From Geopsychrobacteraceae bacterium (GTDB lineage: Bacteria; Desulfobacterota; Desulfuromonadia; Desulfuromonadales; Geopsychrobacteraceae): DNA of 64,000 nucleotides. Under the pieces are notes generated by a model. It made no database searches. It was given only the letters and a program-made list of their open reading frames with translations, and was not told where the DNA came from. The DNA lies in assembly GCA_963662315.1 (NCBI GenBank), contig OY759353.1, forward strand, positions 3,904,001-3,968,000, written 5' to 3'. Positions 1-9,602 of this stretch are shown piece after piece. Position 1 is the stretch's first letter. Each line of letters begins with the position of its first letter. The position numbers and the translations under genes are program-made.

Positions 1-970
1 CGTCAAGCAGGGAGAACAATCCCATCAGAAACATATCGTCTTTGCGGCCTCCAAAGCCACTGGGTTGAGCCAGTTGTTCACACAGGCGCGCCCGAATCAG
101 GGAACTATTGACCAGTTCCGCTGGTTTGTCGTCGGCCATAAAGGAAATGGAGAGCAGTGACACCCAGGAACGAATTTCCCGCAGTCCCAGTAAGGACAGA
201 GCCTGGATTATCGAGGTAACGCGATGACGCAGGGCAAAAGCTGCAGAGTTGATCAGCTTCAGGAGTTTGTAGCTTAGGGAAACTTCACTCTGGATGGTCT
301 TGCCCAGTTTCTGAAAATCCACTTCGGCAGCATGGACATCCCTGAGAATACGCATGAACTGCATTTTATTTGTGGGGATGTCTTTACGTGAGATGATAAC
401 CGGCTTGGCAAAGAAGTAGCCCTGGAAATATTGATATCCCATCTGTCTGGCTTGTTCGTAAACCTCGTGGGTTTCCACTTTTTCGGCCAGCATTTTGATG
501 CCGCGCGGGATCATGGTTTTGGCAAGGCGCTCCTGCTCCTGAACATCACTCAATAAAAAATCAACCTTGATGATGTCAGCCAGGTCGAGCAGCGGTTCAT
601 AATTTTTGTGGTAGACAAAATCATCAAGGGCCAGAATGTACCCCTGTTGCTTCAATTTCTGACAGGCCGCAATCAGGGTTGGGTCTGGTTCGACATCCTC
701 AAGAACTTCTACGACAACCTGCTGGCGCGGCAGGGTGGTCATCAACTCTTCGGTCAGGACCCGGTAGGTACAGTTAATAAAGGCCCTTGTCCCTCCGGTC
801 ATTTCGTTCAGATCGAAGAGCAGGTTGCTGTTGGCGATAACACTGGCTGCTGCGTGGTCCTGATCATCACAGTCAAAATAATTGTGCAGGCCCGAGCGAA
901 ACAGCAATTCATAGGCGTATACACGCCCTTTGGTATCGAAAATAGGCTGTCTGGCTATGAAGTGTTCCAA
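1..970 (-). CDS. EAL + HDOD domain signalling protein (YuxH-like); 3' end runs off the window
   Basis: Missing from the ORF track. Manual minus-strand translation from TTG at 970 (AAGGA upstream): MEHFIARQPIFDTKGRVYAYELLFR...ALDDF...LAEKVET...FQGYFFAKP...SLSYKLLKLINS...RARLCEQL...FLMGLFSLLD. Confidence 0.9.
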   Translation of the reverse strand, partial: MEHFIARQPIFDTKGRVYAYELLFRSGLHNYFDCDDQDHAAASVIANSNLLFDLNEMTGGTRAFINCTYRVLTEELMTTLPRQQVVVEVLEDVEPDPTLIAACQKLKQQGYILALDDFVYHKNYEPLLDLADIIKVDFLLSDVQEQERLAKTMIPRGIKMLAEKVETHEVYEQARQMGYQYFQGYFFAKPVIISRKDIPTNKMQFMRILRDVHAAEVDFQKLGKTIQSEVSLSYKLLKLINSAAFALRHRVTSIIQALSLLGLREIRSWVSLLSISFMADDKPAELVNSSLIRARLCEQLAQPSGFGGRKDDMFLMGLFSLLD

Positions 971-1172
971 GATTTAAGTCCTTTATTGGTCCTGAAGTGA
1001 TTACCCGGAGTCAATCAGTGAATATGAAAATTCTATAATGATTGAGGGTTAAATGCAATTAACTTCTGTCTTATCTCAACTATTGACGAGAAAATTTTAA
1101 TCAGATAGTCTGCGTATCGGGACATCATGGATTATATCATTCAATTCACTATTTTCTAAAGGGTATGCGCTT

Positions 1173-1487
1173 ATGAAGAAACTGGTTTTGCTCATTGCAG
1201 TTATGGTTATATGTATTGTCACTGCAGCTGTTGCTGTCCCTCCTGGTAAAGAGTTGAAATTCGATAAGAGTTCCATGGGGGTCGTGACTTTTTCCGGAAC
1301 AATCCACAAAGATGCTGGGGTCAGTTGTAAGGAATGTCACAACAAGGATGTCTTTCCGAAAATGAAGAAGGGGACGGTTGAGATCACCATGGCTAAGATT
1401 TATGCTGGCGAGCTGTGTGGAACCTGCCACAATGGAGGTCGGGCTTTTGAAGCGAAAAAGAACTGCACGCGTTGCCACAAAAAATAG
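1173..1487 (+). CDS. Periplasmic c7-type triheme cytochrome c
   Basis: Signal peptide; three CxxCH motifs (CKECH, CGTCH, CTRCH); ITM..IYAGELCGTCHNG..AF signature of c7-type domains. Confidence 0.9.
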   Translation: MKKLVLLIAVMVICIVTAAVAVPPGKELKFDKSSMGVVTFSGTIHKDAGVSCKECHNKDVFPKMKKGTVEITMAKIYAGELCGTCHNGGRAFEAKKNCTRCHKK

Positions 1488-1513
1488 TTTTCAGCCCCTG
1501 ATATAGAATGTCT

Positions 1514-1549
1514 AAAAAGGTTTGTATCTTCGGATACAGACCTTTTTTT
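1514..1549 (+). terminator. Rho-independent terminator
   Basis: aaaaa-ggtttgtatc-ttcg-gatacagacc-ttttttt right after the cytochrome gene. Confidence 0.85.
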
Positions 1550-1658
1550 ACGCCAATCTTTGCCGGTGCGAATATCTCTTGTCTTTACTGTATGGGGGGT
1601 ATTAATGTGAGCCGGTTATGCACTCCTGAAAATTAATATGCGACAAGGTTGTTCAAGT

Positions 1659-2345
1659 ATGATCATGCAGGGCACATTGGTAAATGTCGCCGCCGTGGTG
1701 GTTGGCAGTTTAATTGGCCGCCAGGCAGGTCAAATGGTGTCACCGCGCTTACGCCAGACGATGATGGCCGGATTGGGATTGGCCGTGTTGCTGATTGGTC
1801 TGCAGCTGTCCCTGCAAAGCCAGCAGTTGATGGTTGTGATCGGCAGCCTGATTTTCGGTGGCCTGGTTGGAGAGGTGATCGGAATTGAAAAGCGCCTGGT
1901 ACAGTTTGGCGAAGGATTACAGCATCGTTTTTCAGGTGTTGGCCCTATTGCTGAAGGCTTTGTTACCGCCAGCCTGCTGTTTTGTGTTGGTGCCATGGCT
2001 ATAATGGGGGCTTTGCAGGATGGTCTGGGGGACCGGCCGACAATTCTTTACGCAAAAGCCGCCCTTGACGGGGTCGCCGCTATTGCCCTGACCTCAACCC
2101 TTGGTATCGGCGTCATATTCTCGGCGTTGTCCCTGTTGCTTTATCAGGGGGCAATTACCCTTGTGGCCGGACTGGCAAAAATGGTCCTGACTGATGCCGT
2201 TGTCATTGAAATGAATGCCGTTGGCGGGTTACTGATTGTCGCTATTGCCATCGATCTGTTGGGCATTAAACGTCTGCCGGTTGGCAATTTGTTGCCGGCT
2301 GTATTTATCGCCGTTATCCTGATGTGGTCTTTTGGCATGGCTTAA
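1659..2345 (+). CDS. DUF554 (YdfK-like) membrane protein
   Basis: GTLVN..AVVVGSLIG, EGFVTASLLFCVGAMAIMGALQDGL, KAALDG, NLLPA motifs; start uncertain (1659 or 1665). Confidence 0.85.
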   Translation: MIMQGTLVNVAAVVVGSLIGRQAGQMVSPRLRQTMMAGLGLAVLLIGLQLSLQSQQLMVVIGSLIFGGLVGEVIGIEKRLVQFGEGLQHRFSGVGPIAEGFVTASLLFCVGAMAIMGALQDGLGDRPTILYAKAALDGVAAIALTSTLGIGVIFSALSLLLYQGAITLVAGLAKMVLTDAVVIEMNAVGGLLIVAIAIDLLGIKRLPVGNLLPAVFIAVILMWSFGMA

Positions 2346-2459
2346 GTGATGGGTGTTGCCGAAAAACGAAAGGCTCTTTGTTGAGCCAGCACTACCTCCT
2401 TTTCAATGAGCTGCGCTAAGATTCGATTAAACAACGCACCAATAAAAAAGGAGTAAATT

Positions 2460-2633
2460 ATGTATACTGTATCTAAGCAAAAAGGTTTTAGTATTGCCGC
2501 ATTAGGTCGTGGTGTTGCGGAGTCTTTATATGGTTGGTCGGTTAGTATGAACAAAGCAAAACGCGCCCATGAACTCTCTGGTCGCAACCCTTTTGATGCT
2601 GAAGCCCTGAAAAAGGTTATGTTTGAAGACTAA
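2460..2633 (+). CDS. Small hypothetical protein (57 aa)
   Basis: AAGGAG 6 nt before ATG; MYTVSKQKGFSIAALGRGVAESLYGWSVSMNKAKRAHELSGRNPFDAEALKKVMFED; below the ORF-track size cutoff. Confidence 0.6.
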   Translation: MYTVSKQKGFSIAALGRGVAESLYGWSVSMNKAKRAHELSGRNPFDAEALKKVMFED

Positions 2634-2653
2634 CCACCTCTAAAGGGAGGTGC

Positions 2654-2938
2654 ATGGAAAGATTTGCTGTCGTCTTTCCTTGACGATTGCTTGCTATTGC
2701 ACGACAAGGGCATATGGCAAGACCTGTAGTGCATCGGTGTATCTGTGGTCTTAAAACTGGCCGCGACAGCATATTGATTTCCCGGATACCGGCAGGAGTA
2801 ACACTTACCCCTGCCGGTCCTGTTTTTTCCCGCTATTGTGGACAACTTCTTAAAATTTTTTCCGCAACTCGTGCTGATCTGAAACGCGGCATAGCTTCAA
2901 TCGTAATAAAGAAACATAGCCGAATTGGATCTATTTGA
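2654..2938 (+). pseudogene. Degenerate LysR-type regulator N-terminal HTH remnant
   Basis: GGAGG then ATG at 2654, in-frame TGA at 2681; LAIARQGHMAR...ILISRIPAGVTLTPAGPVFSRYCGQLL resembles the LysR wing (LF.R...GV.LTPAG..F..Y); no effector domain. Confidence 0.55.
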
Positions 2939-3803
2939 TCCGTTGGCAAAAGAGCCCTATGACAATCAGCACCAGGCCGACAAATGTTGCCGGAAGAATC
3001 GTTTCGCCCACCAGAAAATAGATAAAAAACAGCGATAAAAACGGTGACAGGAAAATAAGATTACTGATTTTGGCGGTATTGTCAGTCAGTTTCATCGCCA
3101 TCAGCCAGAGTACGAAACACGCCCCCATCTCAAAGGTTCCGACATAGGCGGCTCCCAGCAAGCCATAATAATGAGGCATGCGAATATTACTGCTGATCAG
3201 GTAGTAGCCAAGCACAAAGGGAAAACTGAACAGAAAGTTGATAAACAGTCCCACGACCGAGTCGCGGCGGTCGCGGGTGTTGAATATCCAGTACAAGGCC
3301 CAGATGACCGTGCTGAACAGTGCCAGGGCAACACCGAGCGGATCGGTAAAATGGAGGCTGAAGGGTTTGCCTTCCGTAGAGATAATAACGACGCCACCGT
3401 AGCTGACTATCAGGGCCAGCCACTGCTGCCAGCCGATTTTCTGTTTAAGGAACGGTACTGCGAGTAAAGAAAGGGTAATTGCCCAGGTGTAGTTCAGGGG
3501 TTGGGCTTGCTGAGCCGGAAGCAGAGCGTAGGCTTTAAACAGGACCAGATAATAAAGGAACGGGCTCAACAGACCGAGTACCAGAGATAACAGGTATTCA
3601 CGCCAGCTGCAACGGAAGACCTGTGCCAGCTTCCCCTGTGCCACCAGGATGACACCGAGCAAAATGGTCGAAAAAGATCCAGAAAAGAGCAGCAGCTCAA
3701 TCGGGGTCAGATAACGTAAAGCCAATTTGAAGGCAGTCGCTACCGTAGACCAGAGCAGAACAGCTGAAAGAGCAAAAAGCAGCGCTTTACGTTGTTGATT
3801 CAT
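2931..3803 (-). CDS. EamA/DMT family transporter
   Basis: About 10 TM helices; AVLLWSTVATAFKLAL, LNYTW, SNLIFLSPFLSL. Confidence 0.85.
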   Translation of the reverse strand: MNQQRKALLFALSAVLLWSTVATAFKLALRYLTPIELLLFSGSFSTILLGVILVAQGKLAQVFRCSWREYLLSLVLGLLSPFLYYLVLFKAYALLPAQQAQPLNYTWAITLSLLAVPFLKQKIGWQQWLALIVSYGGVVIISTEGKPFSLHFTDPLGVALALFSTVIWALYWIFNTRDRRDSVVGLFINFLFSFPFVLGYYLISSNIRMPHYYGLLGAAYVGTFEMGACFVLWLMAMKLTDNTAKISNLIFLSPFLSLFFIYFLVGETILPATFVGLVLIVIGLFCQRIK

Positions 3804-4695
3804 GCAAGGTCCTTATTTTTCTTCTACGGCGTAGCACGAGAACCACTAAGCCGGTGAAGATCAGAACAATTCCGAAACAGGCCTGAATATTCATCTGCTC
3901 TTTAAGGATAACAATCCCCAGGGTACCAGCGGTCATTGGTTCGGCCAGCGACAGGGTTGTTGCCGTGCCGACCTGTACTGACTGGAGGCCACGGGCAAAC
4001 AGCCAGTAGGCGAGAGCCATGGAAAAGAGTCCAAGGTGTAGAACCACGGCCACAGAACCCGGTTGTTGCAGCCAGTGCCAGTCAATCTGCATGAGGACGG
4101 GAAGCGACAGGATCGCACCCCCACAGGTGACAATGGCGACCACCGCACCGGGGGAGTGTTCCTCCAGAAGTCCTTTGATGACCAGGGTATAGGCTGCATA
4201 AGAGGCTCCTGCGCCGAGGGCCAGCACGATACCCATCGTATTTATGGCAACGTCCGTCGAACCACTCAGGGTCAGCAAAGAACAGCCGGCGATGGCCAGA
4301 CAGGTGGCAATGACCCAGCGTCGACTCGGTTTTTCAGCACGGAATACCAACCCCAGCATCCCCCCGGCAATCGGTGCACTACCGATGCCGACAATGGTTC
4401 CCACGGCAACACCGGTACGGGCCACTGCAGAAAAAAAGCATAATTGATAGATGGCCGTGAATGCCGAAGCCCAAAAAACGGGCCACAGTGGCCAGTCTTT
4501 CCAGTGACCGAGTTCCCGGCGCCGGACGGCGACCAGAAGCAGCGCTATGCCGCCAACCAGCAAACGCAGAGCGCCTATCACGTGTGAATCATAGCCTGTT
4601 GGGGCGAAAGCCTGGGCGGTTCCGGTGGTCCCCCACAGCAGGGCAGCGCCAAGCACAAACCAGACTCCAGTAGTTGTTGTTGACTGATTATTCAT
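3787..4695 (-). CDS. EamA/DMT family transporter
   Basis: LWGTTGTAQA, TGVAVGTIVGIGSAP, LSLAEP..A..LG; start moved to ATG 4695 after AGGAG. Confidence 0.85.
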   Translation of the reverse strand: MNNQSTTTTGVWFVLGAALLWGTTGTAQAFAPTGYDSHVIGALRLLVGGIALLLVAVRRRELGHWKDWPLWPVFWASAFTAIYQLCFFSAVARTGVAVGTIVGIGSAPIAGGMLGLVFRAEKPSRRWVIATCLAIAGCSLLTLSGSTDVAINTMGIVLALGAGASYAAYTLVIKGLLEEHSPGAVVAIVTCGGAILSLPVLMQIDWHWLQQPGSVAVVLHLGLFSMALAYWLFARGLQSVQVGTATTLSLAEPMTAGTLGIVILKEQMNIQACFGIVLIFTGLVVLVLRRRRKIRTLHESTT

Positions 4696-6025
4696 GACTG
4701 CTCCTGGCCTGCGGATAACGGCGGGCAAACATGTTGAAAGTTTTCATCAGGCCGCTTATAGCACACAGACGGCCGAAGACATAAGCACTGGTCGCCGCGA
4801 TGGCGCCGGGCAAAGGTAAGTATAGCAGGGAAACAAATAGCAACAGGAAAACCGCACAGGCTTCGAGCGCTGTAGCCAACGATACCGGCCGGGTTTGTTT
4901 TGCCACAATCAGGACGGAGCGCTGAAAGCAGAAAAATACTGTTAGCGCCGGGAAAATTGCTGTGATCATCAGAGGCAGATTTGCGAAGTCAGAAAGTGTT
5001 TGACTGAGTCCTGATACCTGCTTGAACCAGATTTCACTAAGGGGGGTGAAGGCAATCAGGGCCAGGCAGCCTGAGGTGAAGACGGCCAGCCCACAGGCAA
5101 AGTTGCGTACCCGCACATAGTTCCGGGGATCTTCACCCAGCAAAGCAATGGCCACTTCCTGAAATGATAGACCCAGTGCACGAAAAATAAATGTCAGGCC
5201 GTAAATAACCGGCATAACAGCCAGAGATTCGACAGCCTGGAGACTTTTGCCCAGAAAAAAAGTGACCATTGGATGAATAGACAGCCCGATAAACGGCGTC
5301 AGTAACAAGGGCAGATAGTAATTCCAGATCTCCCGGTAGTTAAGCAGCTGCTGTTCTGCAGCCGCGGGTCTGTTCAGCACCTCGTTAATCGCCTGATGAG
5401 CAAGAAACCGGGTCAGGAGCGCTTCGCAGCTTACTCCAACGGACAATGACAGGGCACCGATGACGGCGCCTTCAAGGGGGCTGAAAAAATAGCCCAGCAG
5501 GGCGCATGCTGACATGCTGACCAGGCGTAGGAGCGTTCCCGTCGCCACGCGGCGGGTTTTGTGGGCGGCGATCAAGACCCCCTGGTAGAAACGCCTTATC
5601 CCAATGGCTCCGGGCCAGGGGAGCAGACAGAACAGTGCCAGGTGAATCAGGCGGGCAATATCCGCAGGCATGGCGAGAAATCTGCTTATCACCAGATCAA
5701 AGACTGGCGGCAGCAAAAAGACGCCAAGCGACAGGGTCACGAGCAAACTCAGCAGCAAAGAGAAGTTGCGCAGGCGCTGATAGCTTGTTCTACTGCGACA
5801 TAATGCCGTACTGGCACTCATCAGCATAATGACCGGGGATTCCGCGACCAGGGCGAAGGCATAAGCAACACCGTAAGCGGCAAGGTTGGCTTCTTCAGCA
5901 CCCAGGCGGGCAATGACGGCAGCCAGAAACGGACCTTCGATGGACATCATCAGCCAGGTCGTGGCCAGTGGGAACCAGAAACGGAAGATCTGGATGTAGC
6001 TTTGTGGTACGGGTTTGTCGGTCAT
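4688..6025 (-). CDS. MATE/MOP-superfamily membrane protein, ANKH-like
   Basis: About 12 TM helices in two internal repeats (IFRFWFPLA.. / IWNYYLPLL..; RRFYQGVLI / FQRSVLI); overlaps the downstream EamA gene. Confidence 0.65.
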   Translation of the reverse strand: MTDKPVPQSYIQIFRFWFPLATTWLMMSIEGPFLAAVIARLGAEEANLAAYGVAYAFALVAESPVIMLMSASTALCRSRTSYQRLRNFSLLLSLLVTLSLGVFLLPPVFDLVISRFLAMPADIARLIHLALFCLLPWPGAIGIRRFYQGVLIAAHKTRRVATGTLLRLVSMSACALLGYFFSPLEGAVIGALSLSVGVSCEALLTRFLAHQAINEVLNRPAAAEQQLLNYREIWNYYLPLLLTPFIGLSIHPMVTFFLGKSLQAVESLAVMPVIYGLTFIFRALGLSFQEVAIALLGEDPRNYVRVRNFACGLAVFTSGCLALIAFTPLSEIWFKQVSGLSQTLSDFANLPLMITAIFPALTVFFCFQRSVLIVAKQTRPVSLATALEACAVFLLLFVSLLYLPLPGAIAATSAYVFGRLCAISGLMKTFNMFARRYPQARSSHE

Positions 6026-6046
6026 GAGGGTGCCGGATTTCGTTGT

Positions 6047-6955
6047 TTAGCCGCCAATTTTGACAGTGAGACCATGGTCATTAAAGCAGCGTGTTGCCAG
6101 GCCAATTTCTTCTTGCGTGGGCTCTGCCAGGTTGTCGGCCCGGTAATTCTGACCCAGTTTGCGATATTTGTGTGCCGCTATAGCATGATACGGAAGTAAA
6201 TGAACAGTTCTTTTCGCGCCACTGAGGCGACTTAGAAACGCAGCGGTTCCGGCGATGTTCTCAGCATCGGTATTGACGCCGCTGATAAAGGGGATACGGA
6301 TATCGATGTTTGCCCCGCTGGCGGCCAGGGCGACCAGGTTGCCGAGGATCAGTTCGTTGTCGACCCCGGTAAATTGTTTGTGACGCCGTGAGTCGATCAG
6401 CTTAAGGTCGTAAAGAAACAGATCGGTGCGGTCGGCTACGGTCAGCAGTGTTTCGGTTTTAACATGGCCACAGGTGTCAACGGCGCGATGAATGCCTTCT
6501 TTACCGCAGGCATCAAGCAGGGGTATCAGGTAGTCCGGGTGGAGCAATGGTTCTCCGCCGGAGATGGTGATCCCGCCACCAGACTGGTCAAACTGGGGGC
6601 GCTCACGCTTGATGATCTCCATCAGGTCGGGGAGCATTTTATAAAATCCCGACAGCTCTGTTGCCAGGCTCGGGCAGATATCAGCACAAGCACCGCACAG
6701 ATTACAGCAGGTATTATCCGTTACCAGACCATTTTCTGTAAGGGTTATAGCCTGTTGAGGGCACCTTTTTATACATTCCTGGCAGCCAATGCACTTGCTG
6801 GCGGTGAACAGTTTTTGCTGCCGGAAGGAAATGCTCTCCGGGTTATGACACCACAGGCAATGGAGAGGGCAACCCTTGAAAAAAATGGTGACACGAATCC
6901 CGGGGCCATCATTTATCGAGTAGCGTTTGATGTCAAAAATCAGAGGGTGTGTCAT
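6047..6955 (-). CDS. Glycyl-radical enzyme activating enzyme (radical SAM with ferredoxin insert), cognate to HypD
   Basis: DGPGIR, KGCPLHCLWCHNPES, two extra CxxCxxCxxxCP motifs, SGGEP, LLPYH. Confidence 0.95.
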   Translation of the reverse strand: MTHPLIFDIKRYSINDGPGIRVTIFFKGCPLHCLWCHNPESISFRQQKLFTASKCIGCQECIKRCPQQAITLTENGLVTDNTCCNLCGACADICPSLATELSGFYKMLPDLMEIIKRERPQFDQSGGGITISGGEPLLHPDYLIPLLDACGKEGIHRAVDTCGHVKTETLLTVADRTDLFLYDLKLIDSRRHKQFTGVDNELILGNLVALAASGANIDIRIPFISGVNTDAENIAGTAAFLSRLSGAKRTVHLLPYHAIAAHKYRKLGQNYRADNLAEPTQEEIGLATRCFNDHGLTVKIGG

Positions 6956-7023
6956 AGCTGGAAAAGGTCCTAAATTGTTTTTTTGAATTGCCTCTGGTGT
7001 GGAGGGCAGGGTTTAGCCACAAA

Positions 7024-7062
7024 GCTGGCAACCCCTCTTCATGTCGGAGAGGGGTTGCCAGC
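7024..7062 (-). terminator. Stem-loop between hypD and its activase
   Basis: Perfect 15-bp inverted repeat gctggcaacccctct / agaggggttgccagc with a short T tract; partial terminator or mRNA stabiliser. Confidence 0.65.
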
Positions 7063-7091
7063 CTTTGATGCTATTGCAAGGTAATTAACGC

Positions 7092-9542
7092 TCAGAACGA
7101 TTCATTCTCTGTCCGCTCAATAATCTCCTGCTGCAGATCCGCATTCATATCGTTGAAGTAGTCGCTGTAGCCGGCCATGCGTACCAGCAGGTCTTTGTAT
7201 TCCTCGGGATTCTGCTGCGCCGCGTAGAGGGTTGCCGTATCAACAATATTGAACTGAATGTGGTGGCCACCCTGGTTGAAATAGCTGCGAATCAGCTGAC
7301 CGAGCTTGATGATATCTTCATCGCGCTTGAGCAGACTGGGAAGAAAGCGCTGGTTGAGCAATGTGCCACCCGACATGGTCTGATCAAGTTTGGTCAGCGA
7401 GCGTATTACTGCTGACGGACCGTGAGTGTCAGCACCATGGGACGGTGAGGTGCCGTCGCTGATCGATTTGCCGGCGAAGCGACCGTTGGGGGTGGCGCCC
7501 ATGACCTTGCCGAAATAAATATGGCAGGTGGTCGAGAGCATATTGAGGTGAAAGGTCTCCCCTTTGACGTTTGGTTTGCCATCAATGGCGGCAAGGAGAT
7601 CGTCATAAACCTGCAGGGCGATATCATCGGCATAATCATCATCATTACCGAAAAACGGCGTCTTGTTGATGATTGTCTGGCGCAGGAATTCCTCCCCTTC
7701 AAAGTTTTTGGCGACCGCTTCCAGCAAACGATCCATGCTGAAGGTGCCGGCTTCGAAGACGTGTTTTTTCAGTGCCGAAAGACTGTCAGTCACAGTTCCC
7801 AAGCCGGTGCACTGAATATAGTTGGTGTTGTAACGTGGACCGCCGCCATAGTAGTCCTTGCCCTTTTTGATGCAGTCATCAATGACAACCGACAACAGTG
7901 GAGCCGGTGCGTACTTGGCAAACATGCGATCAATATAATTGCTGACCCTGACTTTCAAATCGACAATGAAGTTGAGCTGCTTGAGGAAGGCCTCGTAAAG
8001 TTCATCATAGCTGGAGAAAGTTCGTGGATCGCCACTTTCAATGCCGACCCTGGTGCCAGTGACCGGATCGATACCGTTATTCAGGGTGACCTCAAGAATT
8101 TTGGGAACGTTCAGGTAGCCGGTCAGGATAAACGCTTCCTTGCCGAAGGCTCCGACTTCGATACAGCCACTGCAGCCACCTTCCCGTGCGTCGCGCAAGG
8201 ATTTCCCCTGGCGCATCAGCTCCATGACATACATATCGGGATTAAATACGGAAGGGTAACCGTGTCCCTGACGGATGACCTTGCAGGCGGCATGCAGAAA
8301 GCGGTCGGGAGTTTTGTTGCTGATGTGGACCGCGTTGCCGGGTTGCAGAATGTGCAGCTCTTCAACAATTTCGAGCATGATGTAGGAGACTTCGCTGACG
8401 CCATCTTTCCCCTCACCGGTAATGCCGCCGATGTTGAGATTGGTAAAGTCGTTGTAGGTGCCGCTTTCACGGGCCGTAATACCGACTTTGGGTGGTGCCG
8501 GATGGTTGTTGACCTTGATCCAGAAGCAGCACAGCAGTTCTTTGGCCTGCTCGCGGGTCAGTCTGCCAGCAGCGATATCCGCTGCATAAAAAGGGGCCAG
8601 GTGCTGGTCAAAATGGCCAGGATTCATGGCGTCCCAGCCGTTCAGCTCGGTAATGGTGCCGAGGTGGACAAACCAGTACATCTGAATGGCTTCACGGAAA
8701 GTTTTTGGAGCGTGGGCGGGAACACGACGGCATATCTCTGCAATCTCTTTTAATTCTGCGGCTCGTTCGGTGTTGGCCTCGTTCTCGGCCATCTGCTCGG
8801 CCAGTTCAGCATGCCGTTCTGCGAAACGAATCAATGCATCGCAGGAGATATCCATGGCCTTGAGTTCTTCTGCTTTGTCCGTGGCTTCCGGGTCGTTCAG
8901 GTAATCAAGAGCGGCGCTGGCTTCGGCAATCTGTTGTTTGAAATCCAGCATGCCATAACGGTAGATTTTGCCGTCCAGGGCAGTGTGACCGGGAGCTCGT
9001 TGCTCCATGAACTCGGTAAAGAGTCCAGCCTGGTAGGCGGCCTGCCATTCTGCCGGAACATGGTTGAATATACGTTCGCGCACGGTGCGTCCCTGCCAGT
9101 AGGGGATGACTTCGCGGGCGTAAGTATCAATATCTTCCTGGCTGATGGTATAGCGCTGCTGATCGCGGGTATTAAGGACATGAAAATCCTCGACAGTATG
9201 GCAGGTCAGTTCCGGGAAGGTGGGTACTACCTTCGGAGCTGGCCCACGTTCGCCAACCAGGAGTTCATCTGCGCCAATGTAAAGCGTCTTCTTTTCACAG
9301 TGATCAAGGAAGTTGAGGGCCCGCAGGATTGGAATCGGATACTTGCCGTAGTTTTCCTTGTAGAAGGCTGTTTCGTGCAGCGCACGCTCTATCGACAGAC
9401 TGGGCTCGGTTTCAACTGTGAGTTTGCGCAACCGTTGGATACGTTGGTTCATCCCCGGACCGATGGCGGTTTTCGCAAGGGGGGTGTAAAAATTGCCTTC
9501 GCTGGCTGGGGTGCGCTGCGGGTTATGGTTTTGATCACTCAT
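7092..9542 (-). CDS. hypD: Trans-4-hydroxy-L-proline dehydratase (glycyl radical enzyme)
   Basis: FTEFMEQRAPGHT, ELNGWDA, PAPPKVGIT.ES.TY.DF, SGCIE, LTGY, TTCHIYFG and glycyl loop RMAGYS match HypD; single catalytic Cys (no PFL Cys-Cys); start set at ATG 9542 by RBS spacing. Confidence 0.88.
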   Translation of the reverse strand: MSDQNHNPQRTPASEGNFYTPLAKTAIGPGMNQRIQRLRKLTVETEPSLSIERALHETAFYKENYGKYPIPILRALNFLDHCEKKTLYIGADELLVGERGPAPKVVPTFPELTCHTVEDFHVLNTRDQQRYTISQEDIDTYAREVIPYWQGRTVRERIFNHVPAEWQAAYQAGLFTEFMEQRAPGHTALDGKIYRYGMLDFKQQIAEASAALDYLNDPEATDKAEELKAMDISCDALIRFAERHAELAEQMAENEANTERAAELKEIAEICRRVPAHAPKTFREAIQMYWFVHLGTITELNGWDAMNPGHFDQHLAPFYAADIAAGRLTREQAKELLCCFWIKVNNHPAPPKVGITARESGTYNDFTNLNIGGITGEGKDGVSEVSYIMLEIVEELHILQPGNAVHISNKTPDRFLHAACKVIRQGHGYPSVFNPDMYVMELMRQGKSLRDAREGGCSGCIEVGAFGKEAFILTGYLNVPKILEVTLNNGIDPVTGTRVGIESGDPRTFSSYDELYEAFLKQLNFIVDLKVRVSNYIDRMFAKYAPAPLLSVVIDDCIKKGKDYYGGGPRYNTNYIQCTGLGTVTDSLSALKKHVFEAGTFSMDRLLEAVAKNFEGEEFLRQTIINKTPFFGNDDDYADDIALQVYDDLLAAIDGKPNVKGETFHLNMLSTTCHIYFGKVMGATPNGRFAGKSISDGTSPSHGADTHGPSAVIRSLTKLDQTMSGGTLLNQRFLPSLLKRDEDIIKLGQLIRSYFNQGGHHIQFNIVDTATLYAAQQNPEEYKDLLVRMAGYSDYFNDMNADLQQEIIERTENESF

Positions 9543-9602
9543 GAAAAACATCCTTTCCTGACCAGGCTGTGTAGGCTTATTGTAAGCGTATCTTTCCTTA
9601 TT

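Noticed and set aside
608..1000. 130-aa plus-strand ORF
   Set aside because: The real gene is the EAL/HDOD protein on the minus strand.
7092..9542. Calling the glycyl radical enzyme pyruvate formate-lyase or choline TMA-lyase
   Set aside because: No adjacent Cys-Cys pair, no microcompartment genes, and the motifs match HypD.
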